Positions 50,761-64,000 of a DNA stretch of 64,000 nt are shown one piece after another. The stretch's first letter is position 1. Each line of letters opens with the position of its first letter. The notes below the pieces were generated by a model. The model saw only the letters and a list, made by a program, of their open reading frames with translations, was not told where the DNA came from and did no database searches. This DNA comes from Epiperipatus broadwayi (taxonomy: Eukaryota; Animalia; Onychophora): positions 31,992,001-32,056,000 of the forward strand of contig JAQFVV010000001.1 of the NCBI GenBank assembly GCA_028023455.1, read 5' to 3'. Position numbers and translations under genes: made by a program.

Positions 50761-53700
50761 GAAAATTGTACCAGTCCTTTATTATCCAACATAATAATAA
50801 ATTACAATTATTAGATTGAGAGATTATATTGTGTTTAAACACTGTATGAAGCAGGTGGAACACAAAATCTTGTTTAATTGATTAATTTGACATTTTTTCC
50901 TTTACTCAGTTGAGAATCTAACCAAAACCTATTAACTATTAAGTTCTCTATTTTCCTATTTAACTAAACAACATGCTTCAATGTTTTTACACCTTTTATT
51001 CTTATTTTAATTTTGATTCTATGTTTTCTTATGATATCTGCATACTGTGTTCTATGATCATTAAACTAACTTTTTAAATTATTTTTGATAAAATGGTGAA
51101 GTATTATCTCTATAAATGATGTGTTGATTTTTTTTTATATCACAATTTCAAGTTTTGTTTCATTTTTGAAACAATTGAATAAAATTATTGTGCTCAATTT
51201 ATCATTGGCTGCTTGAATGTCACATAACATCTTAAGCAACCAACTTTATGATTATTTCATTCATGCACATATATCTATTTGACTAGTGGAAAGTAAGGGA
51301 AGAGTAAATCATGAAACCAATCCTTATTACAATGAATGTATTTTTATTTTCAACAAAAGCATTGACTCTTATCTGACTAATCAACAAAAACCTAGGACGA
51401 GTGACAAATGTTAATCAAAAACAATAATCATTTGTTATTCTTTATAAAAATTAAAATATTGAAGTGACCAAACCAATCTCTACTCACACCTTGGTGCTAT
51501 TTTTATCTGACATTCTTTTATTTATTTTTTATAATATCTAAAAAAATATTGAACCAATTGTTATTATTAGGATTATATTTTGCAAAAAAAAAAAAGAAAG
51601 AATACATTAAAATTTTTGGAAAAAATAAAATGATAATAAAAAACAACATAAAAATGTTTGTCTTTATATATATAAAATACGAATTTGATTATTTGAATGT
51701 CAGCATCAGAGCCATTAATTAATGAAGATTTCAGAAATAATAATGTTAATGTTCCAATTTCACATACACACCCCTCCATAAATGTAAAATCTGTTATTAA
51801 TACACTAATTGTCTATTAGCAATCATTCAAAGCAATTATATTATTCTGATTTTTTAAGGAAAAAATGTCATTCTATATTTTTTTTGTTTTTTTTTCTTTC
51901 TCTCCAAAAGACATCACAAACAAATGTAAGGTAAAATTTGTAATAGTTAAGCAAACCAATTTGTAATATATGGATCCTTCATTTGTTACATGATATTTTG
52001 CAATATTTCTTCTGAATCAAACTTTTTTTTTGAAAGTTTACAATATCTTTATTAATTATAAATAGTCATTGTATTGGTCCTTTCTATAGTGTTATTAAAC
52101 AATATTTGTGACAAGATTTTCTCTCACATATATTACATTTAAATTCACCATAAAATACTTATTTTATTGATCATTATTATTCATTTCCTTTACATGCATC
52201 ATCTAATAAAAAATAGATTCAGCATTTCCAAAAGTCTGAAAAACATACTGATTGATCATAATATCTCGCTATCCTATCAATAGGTTAGGTATATTAAATA
52301 ATAACAGGCTTGTAAAAATAAAAATAAAAAAGAATTTTATGTTGCACTTAAATGTAATATTTATGAGAGAAAATTTTGTTACAAATATTGTTTAAAAAAC
52401 ATGAATAAAAAGATGCAATATTAATTGCTTTCAGAAGATAAAATATGGCAGATATTTATAATTAGTCAAGTAATAAGCTCATGTTATTTATTTACATGAT
52501 ATCTATAAAGTTTTTATGTTTCAATCAAGTGGCAATGTTTGATAAAAAAAACAACTAACTTCATATTATACACATGTTTCTGTCAATCAATCAGATGTCA
52601 TCAATAGCTCAATATATCAGATAAGACTCTAACAAATACTGCAAAACAATTTGCTTTAAAGTATTCTCCAAAGTTTGTGTTTATTTAGTTAGACAATATT
52701 TATTTTACAAATAAGGACAAAAACGAAGTGTTTTATATAGATTGTAACTTTACCCAGTTTACAAATTTAAATACTATACATAAATGTTTGATAAAAAGAC
52801 TTTAAATATTTTTTAAAAATAATATCTATAATGAGAACTATTAATCCAGTTTTATAAATCAATAATATTTTTTTAGAAGTTGGATTTTATTTATTGAATA
52901 TATAGATTGTTGACTGGTTTTTAATATTAAAAGTAATTTATATATATATATAAATTAATTAGTAAATGGAATATTCATTTTATATATACAAGATTAAATC
53001 TACAGCTAAGGTGTATTGATGTGCAGCAACCAATCAGATGCATTTCTGCAGTATGAATGAAAATAATAGAAAACCTATGCAAGCTACTACTAACCAAAAG
53101 GTAGCCTCTTTTGGTCAATCATCATGTTGTTGGGTATGAGCAAGTAACTGGACATTATATTTAAATATAGATTACTTAGTTTTTATAAATATTATTGTCT
53201 ACTAGTAATTAATGAAATCATTTAAGTGTAAAGAGTAGTTTAGAGTGGTAAAAATTTGAAATGAGATACTTCAAAATATTTGCACTCATTCTTTTTTAAA
53301 TACATTTTTATAACATGTTTAGGCAGATGTACATTGAAATGGTATTCTTTATCAATCATATTGTTTCACCTACTATGTTCCATAATAGTAAAATTTTCTT
53401 AGTTTAAACCCCAAAGTTGGCATATATTAATTAAAAGAGCTTAATAAAGAGGTATAATAATACATATATGCAAGTATGTGTGTATATCTTATAAATGTGT
53501 CTTGAAATAATGTTAAATAATTTCTATAAATAAGGCAAACATAATTCTAAAGTATAAGGTAATAAAGTTAAATATTATCTGGTATGTGAATTTTACACTT
53601 ATATATGAACGAAGTTTGCAAAGTTATAGATTTCAAACTTTGTTATTCTTTTTATTTTATTTTATTTAGTTCTCAAAAATAATAAATCTCTTACACTAAT

Positions 53701-53989
53701 TAGCTCTCTTTGCCTAAAAAAATTATAGTTTCTATGTTGACTGACTCACTTATATAATAAAATGTTTACCAGCTTAAAATCTGTTTTTGTAAAATGATTT
53801 TATTTCTTGGAAATTAGCTGACCACACCTGGGTTTTAAAATCTTTAAAAACAAGAGTAGTCTTAAAAAATATTGGAATTATTTTTGTAACAAAGAGAAAG
53901 CTAGATAACTGATGCTATTTTTTTTCAATTACTTGTTTTCTAAATTAAAAAAATAATGGGTTTGTTTGTAAAGCTTATAGCACACATGT

Positions 53990-54360
53990 AAAATTAAGAT
54001 TAAAAATTTGTCTCAACTTGTAAACAAATCATGTTTGCAGAGGAGGAGAGTGTTTTTATAAAAAAACCCTGATTGTAATTAAATTAGGTCAGACACTAGA
54101 TAATTTTAACTGGTAGTGCTGTTGGGAGATATGCGCATTTTTGCAATGAAAAGCCAAGGCTAGATGGCAACCCATTGCTGTTCACCCTTGTGGTATATAA
54201 GTCATCAGTGATGGGAGAAGTTTGAACCAGCAGCTTGACTGGAAAGTAAAGATGAACAGACCAGCCTAGCAGAAAAATGCCTCAAACTATGGAAAAAAGA
54301 CCCTTAGCAGAAAAGATCAGTAAAATAATACACAGAGCTCTGTAATAAACTCTCATTATT
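53990..54360 (+). mobile_element. Possible solo LTR
   Basis: Locally GC-richer block with TATATAA near 54194 and AATAAA near 54344 (U3-R-like). Termini and TSD not established. Confidence 0.25.
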
Positions 54361-55088
54361 AATTTCTTAAATAATTCTAAGCTAGTTATGTATAAATGTG
54401 CAAAAACTTATTATTTAAACTTTCACTATGGAATAAATTCTGTCATTAAGCTAAATTGTATCTAATTTCATAAAATAATGTAAAACTTGCCTAACTTTTT
54501 TAAATATCTTTCTATTTGTGGTTATGCCTTATTATAATTTATTATGAATTTATGCTATGACTTATTCAGAGGGGATATTGATACTCAGATTCTGTAGGGG
54601 ATGAGAAAGATGATTAGAGGCTCTCTATAGATAATTTACAGGCATTAAAGCCCACACGCATGCAATCTCCAATCTGAAACCTATTATATGTATATTTAAT
54701 AGCTATTATGTATTAGCTGAGTAAAAGTAGGTTTGCTCATACTAATAAAATATTTAATTAATGAACATAAAAGATGTATTCTAAAGCATATTTAAATTAA
54801 ATACATAAATCCTTATTATGCTTTATTCCTTCCTAGAATTTATAGTATGAACTATAAGGATTATAAGCTAGATCACTTAATTAACCCCTTTCTTTAGCAT
54901 GTTCATATATGCTAACTTATGAACTGGTGGTATACAATGGTTTAATAGAAAGAAGCTATAGATTTAGCACATTTTAGATTTAATAATGATCGGTGGTCAT
55001 TGTCATGGGAAATGTGTTCCTTATAAAGCACACCCTCATGCATATGCATCTTCCTAAATACATATATGTAGTTGTTTTGGGGGATTTG

Positions 55089-55283
55089 GTATAAGGCCAT
55101 TGCATATTCATTTTCTGATAGCTTTCCTTAGAACTGGAACCCAAGGGTCCAGATTATTCATATTTCAAGTGCTAAATACATATATTTGTTTATGGCGATT
55201 TTGTATAAGGCCTTTCCATATTTGTTTTCTGAAAGCTTTTATTAGAACTGGAACACAATGGTCCAGATTGTTCATGTTTCAAG
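55089..55283 (+). repeat. Two diverged tandem units with a 114-bp period
   Basis: gtataaggcc...ttttctga(t/a)agcttt...ttagaactggaac(c/a)caa(g/t)ggtccagatt(a/g)ttcat(a/g)tttcaag occurs twice. Confidence 0.9.
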
Positions 55284-56589
55284 CTAATCAGACCTCCAGA
55301 ATGAGCTGTTCTCTTTTCATAGCAAGTTGTATGGTCCACAAGAACCGATCATTGAGTTGATAGATCCCATGAGAAAACATACATTTGAGGGACCATTTTA
55401 TTGTAGTTAATATAATGCAATAGTATTAGAAACTACACTATAACAGATCTCAGTTTATTCCATCATTACTATAAATAAATTCAACTTTGATTTAAATGCA
55501 TGATCTAGTTATGTAATAATAATCTGTATAGAAAGCTAATTTAGGCTAACTTTGAGGTACCTAGGGTGATTATAATTATTCATGATCTCTCTTGCAAGTT
55601 AATGGTCTGCAAACCTTATAGGCATCTCATAGCATGAATTAGGCATAACTTAAACATTAGACTATAATGTAATAAAGTTGTTAATGAAATAAATTTTGAT
55701 TTAATTGTCCCATGCATAAGATGAGATCCTGTAACTCACTTATTTATCTAATTGTAAAATCTGTGGGGAATTTCAATGCACAGAGGGATAGCTGTCTTTA
55801 TAATTGATTGGTTTTATTAAAAGGTATAAAATATAATATTGTTTAACGTATTTTTTCATAGCGTTTCCATCCATTCAAATCATATTAATTTTAGTTAATA
55901 TTTAAGTGAATTAAATAATTATGCATTGTCATTCTGGGTTTGATTATCAAGTTATTAAATATCTCCTAAGCCATAGATGTGTGTGTTTAGTTGAATCATA
56001 TCTATAAGAGTTAATTCATCCCAGAATCTCATGTTTTACCCTTTGCTACTCATGTGAATTAAGAAAACTCTGAGTGTAGCCTCATATATGTCATTTGTAG
56101 GGTAGTAAGTCATGGAATATTGGTGGAGAAGCTGAAGTGCAATCTGATTTGAGGTCTCAACCCCTCATCTAGATCAACTTTGGGCAATTTGCCAAAACTC
56201 TGGATTTTGTTGCATGAGTGTACAAATATGACTGTTATAACATCAATAGCATAGATATAAAGGACTTTTGTGATTTATTTTTCATTTCAATATAATGGCT
56301 TCTAATACACACTTTAATCAATGGTGTCATTTCTATTTGACTAAGACATCTATAATCCTCAAATGTTATATTACATCCTAATAAAATGTATTACTGTGAA
56401 TGAATCTAATAGAACAAAACTGGGGTTAAAATATATAGTACTAGTTAGTATTTACTATAATTTCTATTGCTACATTTACATTTTTAAATTTTAATCCTAT
56501 TTATATATGTGTGTGTTTGTGTATCTTTAAATAATTACCAATTCTTTGATTATATTATTAACAGATTGAAACATAGATGATGCAATTAA

Positions 56590-57050
56590 TCATAGAATTC
56601 AATTTTGACGGAGGGCTTTTGGTAGAAATAATATTAAAAAGAAATGTGTTAGGTAGTTGAAAAGAAAAAAATTCAATAAATTAATTTTATCATTTCTTAT
56701 ACAGAAAATTTAGACCTGGATGATTAACAAAAGAGCAATACAAAGACTCAACAAAGTATAGAGAGATATATAATGGGAGTAACAATAAGGAATTGAATGC
56801 CGAATACATAAATGAGAGAACAAATATGCATATTTTGATATCATTAACTTAAATGGAGCTAGAGTAGACATATTGCTAGAAAAGATGATAATAAATGAAT
56901 AGTTGAAATTTTAAATTGCATCCCAAATTGTGAAAAAAAAAATTAGAAAAAGACTATATGTAAGATAGATAAATGAAAAAAAAATGATGTTTCAGTGAGA
57001 TTTGAAGAAAAGAAGCTATGGGTTGGAGATATCGGATTAAACTTGAAGAG
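56590..57050 (+). mobile_element. RTE-clade LINE 3' remnant
   Basis: GLFGRNN...LKRKKFNKLIL...TW...QRL, followed by decayed LKW..GHIARKDD.W and W.P motifs of the RTE C-terminus. The FGRNN motif is shared with 28680-28720. Confidence 0.7.
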
Positions 57051-57053
57051 ATC

Positions 57054-57130
57054 TGCGTTGAAAGGGAAGCGAACCCGGGCCAGCTGCTTGGAAGGCAGCT
57101 ATGCTAACCACTAGGTCACCAACACTCGAC
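57054..57130 (-). mobile_element. tRNA-Gly(TCC)-like copy (SINE or pseudo-tRNA)
   Basis: Minus strand gtcga-gtgttggtgacctagtggttagcatagctgccttccaagcagctggcccgggttcgcttccctttcaacgca. T-stem broken (ccctt). Shares the GTCRA leader and diagnostic bases with the 7911 copy. No poly(A). Confidence 0.85.
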
Positions 57131-59031
57131 TTCTTTGTATATTCAAAATAAACAAACAAACAAAAAAATAGTATAAGAAAATGTAAATATTAAAATCAGT
57201 TATAATAACTGAGTATCTTAAGACAAAGTGGCAAAAGTTAAATATAGATCAGTTTTATCACGCATTTCCTTGATTTGTTTGTTCAGAGCTTCTAAATCAG
57301 AATTTTTTTTTTTAAGATTTTGAACATTATAAGATTTAAGAAATAATAAAATTGTCCCTTATGAAGTCATGTGATATTCTTGCACCAAAAGTAAAATATT
57401 AAGCTTCAATTCCGATCTCTTTAAGTGTTCACTTCATCCCTCCATCACTGTGCTAAAATAGTATTAAAATGCATTTGTATAATATAAAAATTAAAATGAT
57501 AAAATCACATTACAATTAAAAATTGTAAAGATTATAATAAATTAAAAACATCAAAGAATATAAAACCTTATATTAGTATTAAATATTATTTTTAAAATGT
57601 ATAATATTATGAATATTAAGATTTTGTAAATTAAAACAGAAAAAAAAACGATCTACTGCTAGTAAGCTATTTGGTTGTTTGGTTGCTGATGTTGCTATGA
57701 GAAAAAATAACTAAAACTGCTAGGAAATTATATTTAGCAGTTATAATAATGAATAACCTATTTCTTTCATATTACAATTTTAGGGATTAATAAAATATGT
57801 CGGACTGAAGGAGATTTAAGATCAAGTAAATATATCATATTGTAATTTGTTTATTTGTTTTAACAGTTAGAATAAAGATGAAATGTAAATTTTATTGGCA
57901 ACAAAGTTATTGTAAAAACTGTAATTGAATATTTTCTGTAAATGATTATTTGATATTATTTTGATTTTTTGGAGGGGGGGGCAATTCAATATTACTATAA
58001 TACAAATGCATGCCATAATAACTCAAAAATGTGAAAACTTAAAAGATATTATCATGCTGGCTAAACTTATCAAAACTTAAGGCAAAAAATACTTTTAATG
58101 GTTGGTATCTGTAAGGCTAAAGGTGGAACTGGAAAGGAAGAAAGTGTTATTAATTGTTATACATTATGCATCTGGAGTGGGGGGAGGGGATAAGGGAATA
58201 ATTAATACATTTTTAAAATTCAATTAACTTTTTATTGCCGAATATATTTTAAACAAATAAATGACTAATTACATACATACAGATAACATGCATAAAGGGA
58301 TATTGCCATTCCACGCTTCAAAGAGAAAATAAAAGAATTAAAAATCTCTTCTAGAGATGCATTTGCAATAATTATATAAACCAATCTGTGAAACTCAAAT
58401 ATGTCGTTTGTAGAATATGCTGGTCCGTTTTTCTATTTATTTGATATTTTGCAATTATGTTTTTTAATTTTTACAATAGAAAACTTCTTTCTAAAACACT
58501 TTAACATCATATTTAATTGTAACTATCCAATATATTCTATTCACTGCTATATCTTTGCATTAAAAATAATCAATATTGTCTTTCTTTAGAAGTTTTTGAC
58601 ATAATCATTATAATGTCTTTTATAATAGCTATGCTCACATTTACCATAAAACAACCTTTTAGAAAGTTTTGCATTGTTCTTTATTTTACATGTTCAATCA
58701 ACAAAGGTGTGATTTTACAATAATGGATTGTATTGCATCATAGAAACACATTGATCAATTAATGAACTTAGTATTTTTAAAATTTTGTGGAGAATTCTTA
58801 AATAAAACTTTTCTAACGCCTTTTTATTGTCTCTATTGGTTATTCTAGACTACCTTCTATAGAATAAATTGGTTTGTGTTATCAAGAAGATAACTTTTCA
58901 AGCTAACATTTGGTGACATTTTTTTTTCATCAATTAATATTGGAGTGTTTTGTTTTTTTTTTTTTTTATTAATTTTTAAACCAAAGTCCCATATTGCATT
59001 CTAAGCATTAAATTTATTGTGTAGATCAGAC

Positions 59032-59078
59032 TTTTGAATTGATATATATATATATATATATATATATATCAATTCAAA

Positions 59079-59079
<1 letters not shown>
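59032..59079. repeat. Perfect 48-bp palindrome centred on (AT)n
   Basis: ttttgaattg-(at)14-caattcaaaa. Confidence 0.95.
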
Positions 59080-59117
<38 letters not shown>

Positions 59118-59149
59118 AATCATCAATATATTGTAAATCTAGAAACCAA

Positions 59150-61060
59150 AAGGATGATGTTCTTATTTCTGTTTTTAATTGATTCAAATAAAAAAAATTA
59201 TCAGCAAATCTGTATTGAAATTTCCTATTTTTTAAAGCTGTGTATAAACAGTTTCAAAGATCTCTGTCATAAAAATTGCAAACAATGTTAGAGTAAGATC
59301 ACATGTTTGTTTAACACCAGTTTTCATTTGAAATGGTTCAATTCATCCACCCATAGTAATAACATTTCTTCTAATTCCTTAATAGGAGCTGTATAAAATA
59401 AATAAACTTTGGCACCCAACTAATTAATTTTAAATGACACCACTTGTGTAAATAATTGAGTCATGTCTTCATCAAATCAATAAAAATATTTGTAAATCAC
59501 TTTTTGTTTCTAACATCCTTTTTGTATTTATCTGGTGACAAAAATCATTTTATAGTGCTGTTTGATTTTCTAAAACCATATTGAGTCTCTAATAACTATT
59601 CATCTATGAGTGGATGCAAGTTATTCAATGAATTTTTTGGAAGTATCTTTAATTTAGTGGATTATAATGATATTCCATAATAATTACTTTAAATGTGTCT
59701 ATTCTTTTTATCTTTAAAAATTGGAACAATAGAAGAATCCTTAAAATCAGTTTGCACAACTTCATCAGTCCATATATTCTTAAAAAATTTCCAATAATTT
59801 TAAAGTGAATATATCACTACCATATTATAAAATTTCTTTAGGTATTCCATTAAGATCTGCAATCTTTCCATTTTTAAGATTATGAAGAGTTGTTTCAACT
59901 TTACTAAGCTGGATATTTGTCTAATTCTAAATGAGTAAGTGAAATGCATGTATTATTTAAAATCATCATCTCAGTTCTTGTATCATTATTCAAAACATTA
60001 TCAAAGTACTCCATTTGCTTAAAATATTATTGTTATTATATGAGTGCCATTTCTAGATTTAATGAGATTGCAATGTTGTTTTTCAATTCCATATATTGCT
60101 TTTAATGACAAAAAAACCTTTACAGTGATCACCACCATAAATATCTATATCTTTCTCACCATCAGAAACTTTCATTTTTGTTTGTTTGTTTGTTTGTTTT
60201 TTTTTGCAGGTTTATCCACCCATTATTTTTAAGCTTTCTTATTAGTTAGTCACTAAATTTTATAAAGTTCTACATTTATTATTCTATCAAGCAGAAAATA
60301 TCAAATTTTCTTTTAACCAAATCACTTATAACAAGATCATTGTCAAAAAAATCTGTCATGATATTTTATTATTTAGCATGAATGTCAATTTTTTTTAGTA
60401 TGATTGGAATAAGATCTACTTCTTAAAAAAACTATCAATTTAATTTTGAAGCATACTAATTAATGATTTGTCCAACAATATTCCCATAAAAAGGCTCATT
60501 TTTTCTGACTCTTAACCATAATGTAATATATTAAAAGTAATTGTTTTGAACTTGAATGTATCTATCTACAATTTATGTATTGTAAAAAAATTCAATAACT
60601 GCAGACCATTTGAATTTATTATACCAATAATATTTTACCAGTCTCTTCTTATTGTTTCAACATGTGCATTAATTAAAGTCTCCAAGAAGAAAATTTTTAA
60701 TTTTAGGCACTAATAAAATGAGAATGTGTTCCCTTGTACAAGGCAAGTTTTTAACACTATTAGATTTTTATTGATGCAATGAGAAAATGCAAAAATAGAA
60801 GATGCACAATTAGATTTTGCATAAAATTCATCATTATTCATTCTCTTTTTATTGACTGATCCATTCCTCCAAAAAAACCTATAATCAACTACCTGTTCTT
60901 TTCAATGTATTCTCTCTGGAAAATGAATGTTACTAACAACAGTTATATTGCTCTTAAAGCTTAAAATCTCTTTAGCTATTAGTGTTTATCTTCATTCTGG
61001 TCTTGAAGAGTTTGTATCAAGTAAAGTTTGCACATTCTGTGTACATAAAAAACAATTTAC
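59150..61060 (-). mobile_element. RTE (BovB-like) LINE, heavily decayed
   Basis: Minus strand in order: NVQTLLDTNSSRPE*R*TLIAKE (cf. NVRTLLD..RPERRTALVA.EL), LLGDFN, NSNGLQLL, LKNGKIADLNGIPKEI, IWTDEVVQTDFKDSSIVPIFK, GFRKSNST, FIDL, GVKQ. Confidence 0.8.
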
Positions 61061-63273
61061 AATATTTATTTTTAGTATTTCCATTGACTACTGATTTACC
61101 ATACTATTGATACTGTTATTTTTTTCTTAAATGAGTAATCCTCCAATATAACATTCTAGCTATCCTGTGTGACACATCATTTTATACCATATTTTTAGTC
61201 CTCTTTCACTTCTATGGAATACAGGCAGATCTCTAAATACATCTGCCTAAACATATAATATTTGACAATTGAAATTCACATTCAATTTCAAAGCAATTTA
61301 TTCGAGATTGTCTTACTTTATGTGAAGAGCACAAGGGTTGCCATCCTATTAAGATTATACCTGTCATTGCTTTCTCAATTCTCAAGGATTTGAACTAAAA
61401 ATAATGATGCCATAAATACTGTGTAAATAATTAAAAAATGGAAAGGTAGTTGCACAACATGCAATCCTATTGTCAGAGTTAGTATAGGAGTTGAGAAAGG
61501 GCATGAGAGACCCATGATAACCAGACCCTATGCTAGCTTTAGTAAGATGGAAAAAATAAAATTAGTAATTATACACATGGATATCAATAATGAAGTTCTC
61601 AGAAGTCAAATAATGCTTTTTAGAGCAGTTCTCTTCCTCTACTGACAATTAATGTAACCTTAAGTAATCAATGAACACCAGATGGTAAGGTTACAATGAA
61701 ATCTAGCTTATAATTTTATCAGTGAAATATTAAAATTCAAAGCTGAAACTCATATACTTATGCATTAACAGCCATTTTTTACTTTTTTTGTACTGATCAA
61801 GCTAATATTCGGAAATTCCAAAAACTATTTGGTGATTAAGCTGGCACTAAATCGTTTTAGATAATAGGTGAAGAGAACTATTGTTAAAAATAATATATTA
61901 AAACTAAGCTGAGAAAATTATGTGCAGTTTTGCTGATATTAATTTTCCTAACTAAAAGGGTCTGCATTTTTCATAGCTAAAAGTAATAAAGGATCACTAA
62001 AATATATAGTAACTAATCTGGGATCATAACCTTATAATTATGTAAGCAAGTTGACTTGGATCCACGAGTATGGTGGGGTTAGTGTTTTAGATTCATAACT
62101 TTATAATACAAAAAGTTATGAATAACACATTAGTTCCAGTTTTGAATCCTAAATCTTCATTGATGAAGGAAAAATCCAGTAAACTGAGCATGGGAATACT
62201 ATATCCCTATCATTTGGTGTTCAATGATAACTCACATTACAATAGATAACATTAGCATATGATGAAAAAGAATTGTTTTAAAAGCATGTGTTAAAAATAA
62301 GATTTAAAAAATGTATGATGTTTGGATCATATTAATTATGTTTACTCCACCCAGCTATGAAAAATTTCAATTTTAATAATAAAAGTGTGAACAGGGGTAA
62401 GTTATGGAACAAATTATGAAAACAACTTTGAATAAATATTTAAAAAAATAAAATAAATTCATATCCTAGATAAATGACAGAGGATATATCTGCTGCTATA
62501 AAAAATAATGCAAATGAAAAAGAATAATTAAAAAGGAATCTTATAAAATTTTGAGTAAAATTAATCAATCATAAAAATTAAAATGACTGTCAAAAGTCAA
62601 AAAAATAAAGATTTTTTAAAGAAAATAAAAAATTTCAAAAAATAATCCCAAAAAGTAAGCATAACTGTTTCAGCATTATTTATAAAAGACATTTAAAAGC
62701 AAGCAATTTTGTAGATATGTGGGATATCTTTCAAGAGATTTGTATAATTAAAATAATGTTTGGGTAGGTTCACAAAAAATGACAGTGAACAGATTTTATA
62801 CAAAATTACAGAGATAAAACTGAGATGAAAAAAACATATAAAAAAATATACAACAAAAATATTAACCAACACTTTTTGATAATGTATTGTATATTAAATA
62901 ACTTTCAATGTTGTAAGCTGAGATCCGTAATGCCAAAGATAGTATCATAAATATTAGTGATATTGCATTAGTAACTTTATAATAAACGAAAAAAAGTATT
63001 AATCAAATTATTCCAATCAACATGGAACAGTAATTAAAAAACAGATTGAAAGATATTTATTTATATTTTTGAAAAATAGGTTTTGGCAGAGAGTACAAAC
63101 AATCATACTATGTTTTTTATATTAAATGGAAATAAAAATATGCAGAAAATTATTAAGCACATAATAAAGTTTTATATTGTAAAGAAACTGTCATATGTAC
63201 TTCTGATTTTACAAAACCAAAGAATTAGAGATACTTTTGCTGCCATATGTTGGATAATTGAAATAGTTAGGGA

Positions 63274-63308
63274 ATGCAATTGATTCACTTAATCATGTCA
63301 GATTATAA

Positions 63309-63356
<48 letters not shown>

Positions 63357-63384
63357 TTATAATCTGACATATATATATATATAT

Positions 63385-63432
<48 letters not shown>

Positions 63433-63725
63433 GTTAGAATAATTCAGAGATATTACTGGGGATCTCTATATAGGTCTATAACATATGATTTAAATGGGCT
63501 ATTGAAATAAACTGGTTGAGAAACAGATGTTTTATAATTAAAAAAGCTAAATAATGCAATTGATTCACTTAACGTTGTTAGATTATGATTTTTAAAAAAA
63601 TGTTAGATTATGATTTTAAAAAAATTAATCTAGTTAGAATAATTCAGAGATATTACTGAGAATTTCTAGATAGTACTAAAACATATAGCTGAATTTGGCC
63701 ATTGAATAGTCTGATTGAGAAAGGG
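63274..63725 (+). repeat. Two diverged tandem units; unit 1 contains a perfect 76-bp palindrome (63295-63370), unit 2 a 24-25-bp direct duplication (63576-63624)
   Basis: aatgcaattgattcacttaa at 63274 and 63554; agttagaataattcagagatattactg at 63432 and 63632; atgtcagattataattttaa-(ta)18-ttaaaattataatctgacat. Confidence 0.85.
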
Positions 63726-64000
63726 ATCTATCTATTCACTTGTGTATTAATGTGAATAAGTGAAGTCAGGTTAAAAATAAAGTCTATCATAATCTCAGCA
63801 TTATAGGAATATAGTTCACTACCTACCAGTGATGAAGACTTCTTCTAGTCAATTCAGATTTATTTGAGACATTTACCTTAAAATAAAAAGTAGATATAGT
63901 TTTATTTATTGACTAATATTAAATAATTAGCTAGTTCGAATAAGATCGCTACATGAAAGAAAAGTCTTAAATGGATTAGTGATTTTAAAAATCCCTTAAG

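Noticed and set aside
297-63283. Most of the remaining 60-90-aa ORFs in the supplied track
   Set aside because: Low-complexity I/F/K/N/L/Y-rich translations expected by chance in DNA this AT-rich; many start at TTG or GTG, and none has a recognisable domain.
1-64000. CRISPR arrays, rRNA, and prokaryotic operons or defence systems
   Set aside because: No regularly spaced repeat-spacer array, no rRNA-like GC-rich block and no dense coding; the window looks like eukaryotic non-coding DNA.

Overview
Very AT-rich, CpG-depleted eukaryotic DNA, probably from an invertebrate animal; the species cannot be determined from the sequence. It is mostly intronic or intergenic and full of decayed transposons. 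The clearest element is a near-full-length Penelope-like retroelement (39388-42316; RT plus C-terminal GIY-YIG; one frameshift and two premature stops). It carries a minimal type I hammerhead ribozyme whose predicted cleavage site lies 1-2 nt upstream of where the element's 59-bp terminal direct repeat begins. Three other sequence-unrelated hammerhead or hammerhead-like motifs sit in short inverted-repeat modules with no ORF (435-634, 20457-20638, 47714-47943; part of the last family recurs at 20099-20388). Also present are decayed RTE-clade LINEs (26.0-28.75 kb +, 59.2-61.1 kb -, and smaller pieces), piggyBac transposase remnants, and three copies of a tRNA-Gly(TCC)-derived short retroposon, one with poly(A) and a 13-bp TSD. 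There are also MITE-like elements, three perfect palindromes centred on (AT)n, and CpG-retaining patches, one with an RFX X-box. A few small splice-site-bounded exon candidates hint at a host gene that I could not identify. All motif alignments and counts were made by eye; no searches were run.
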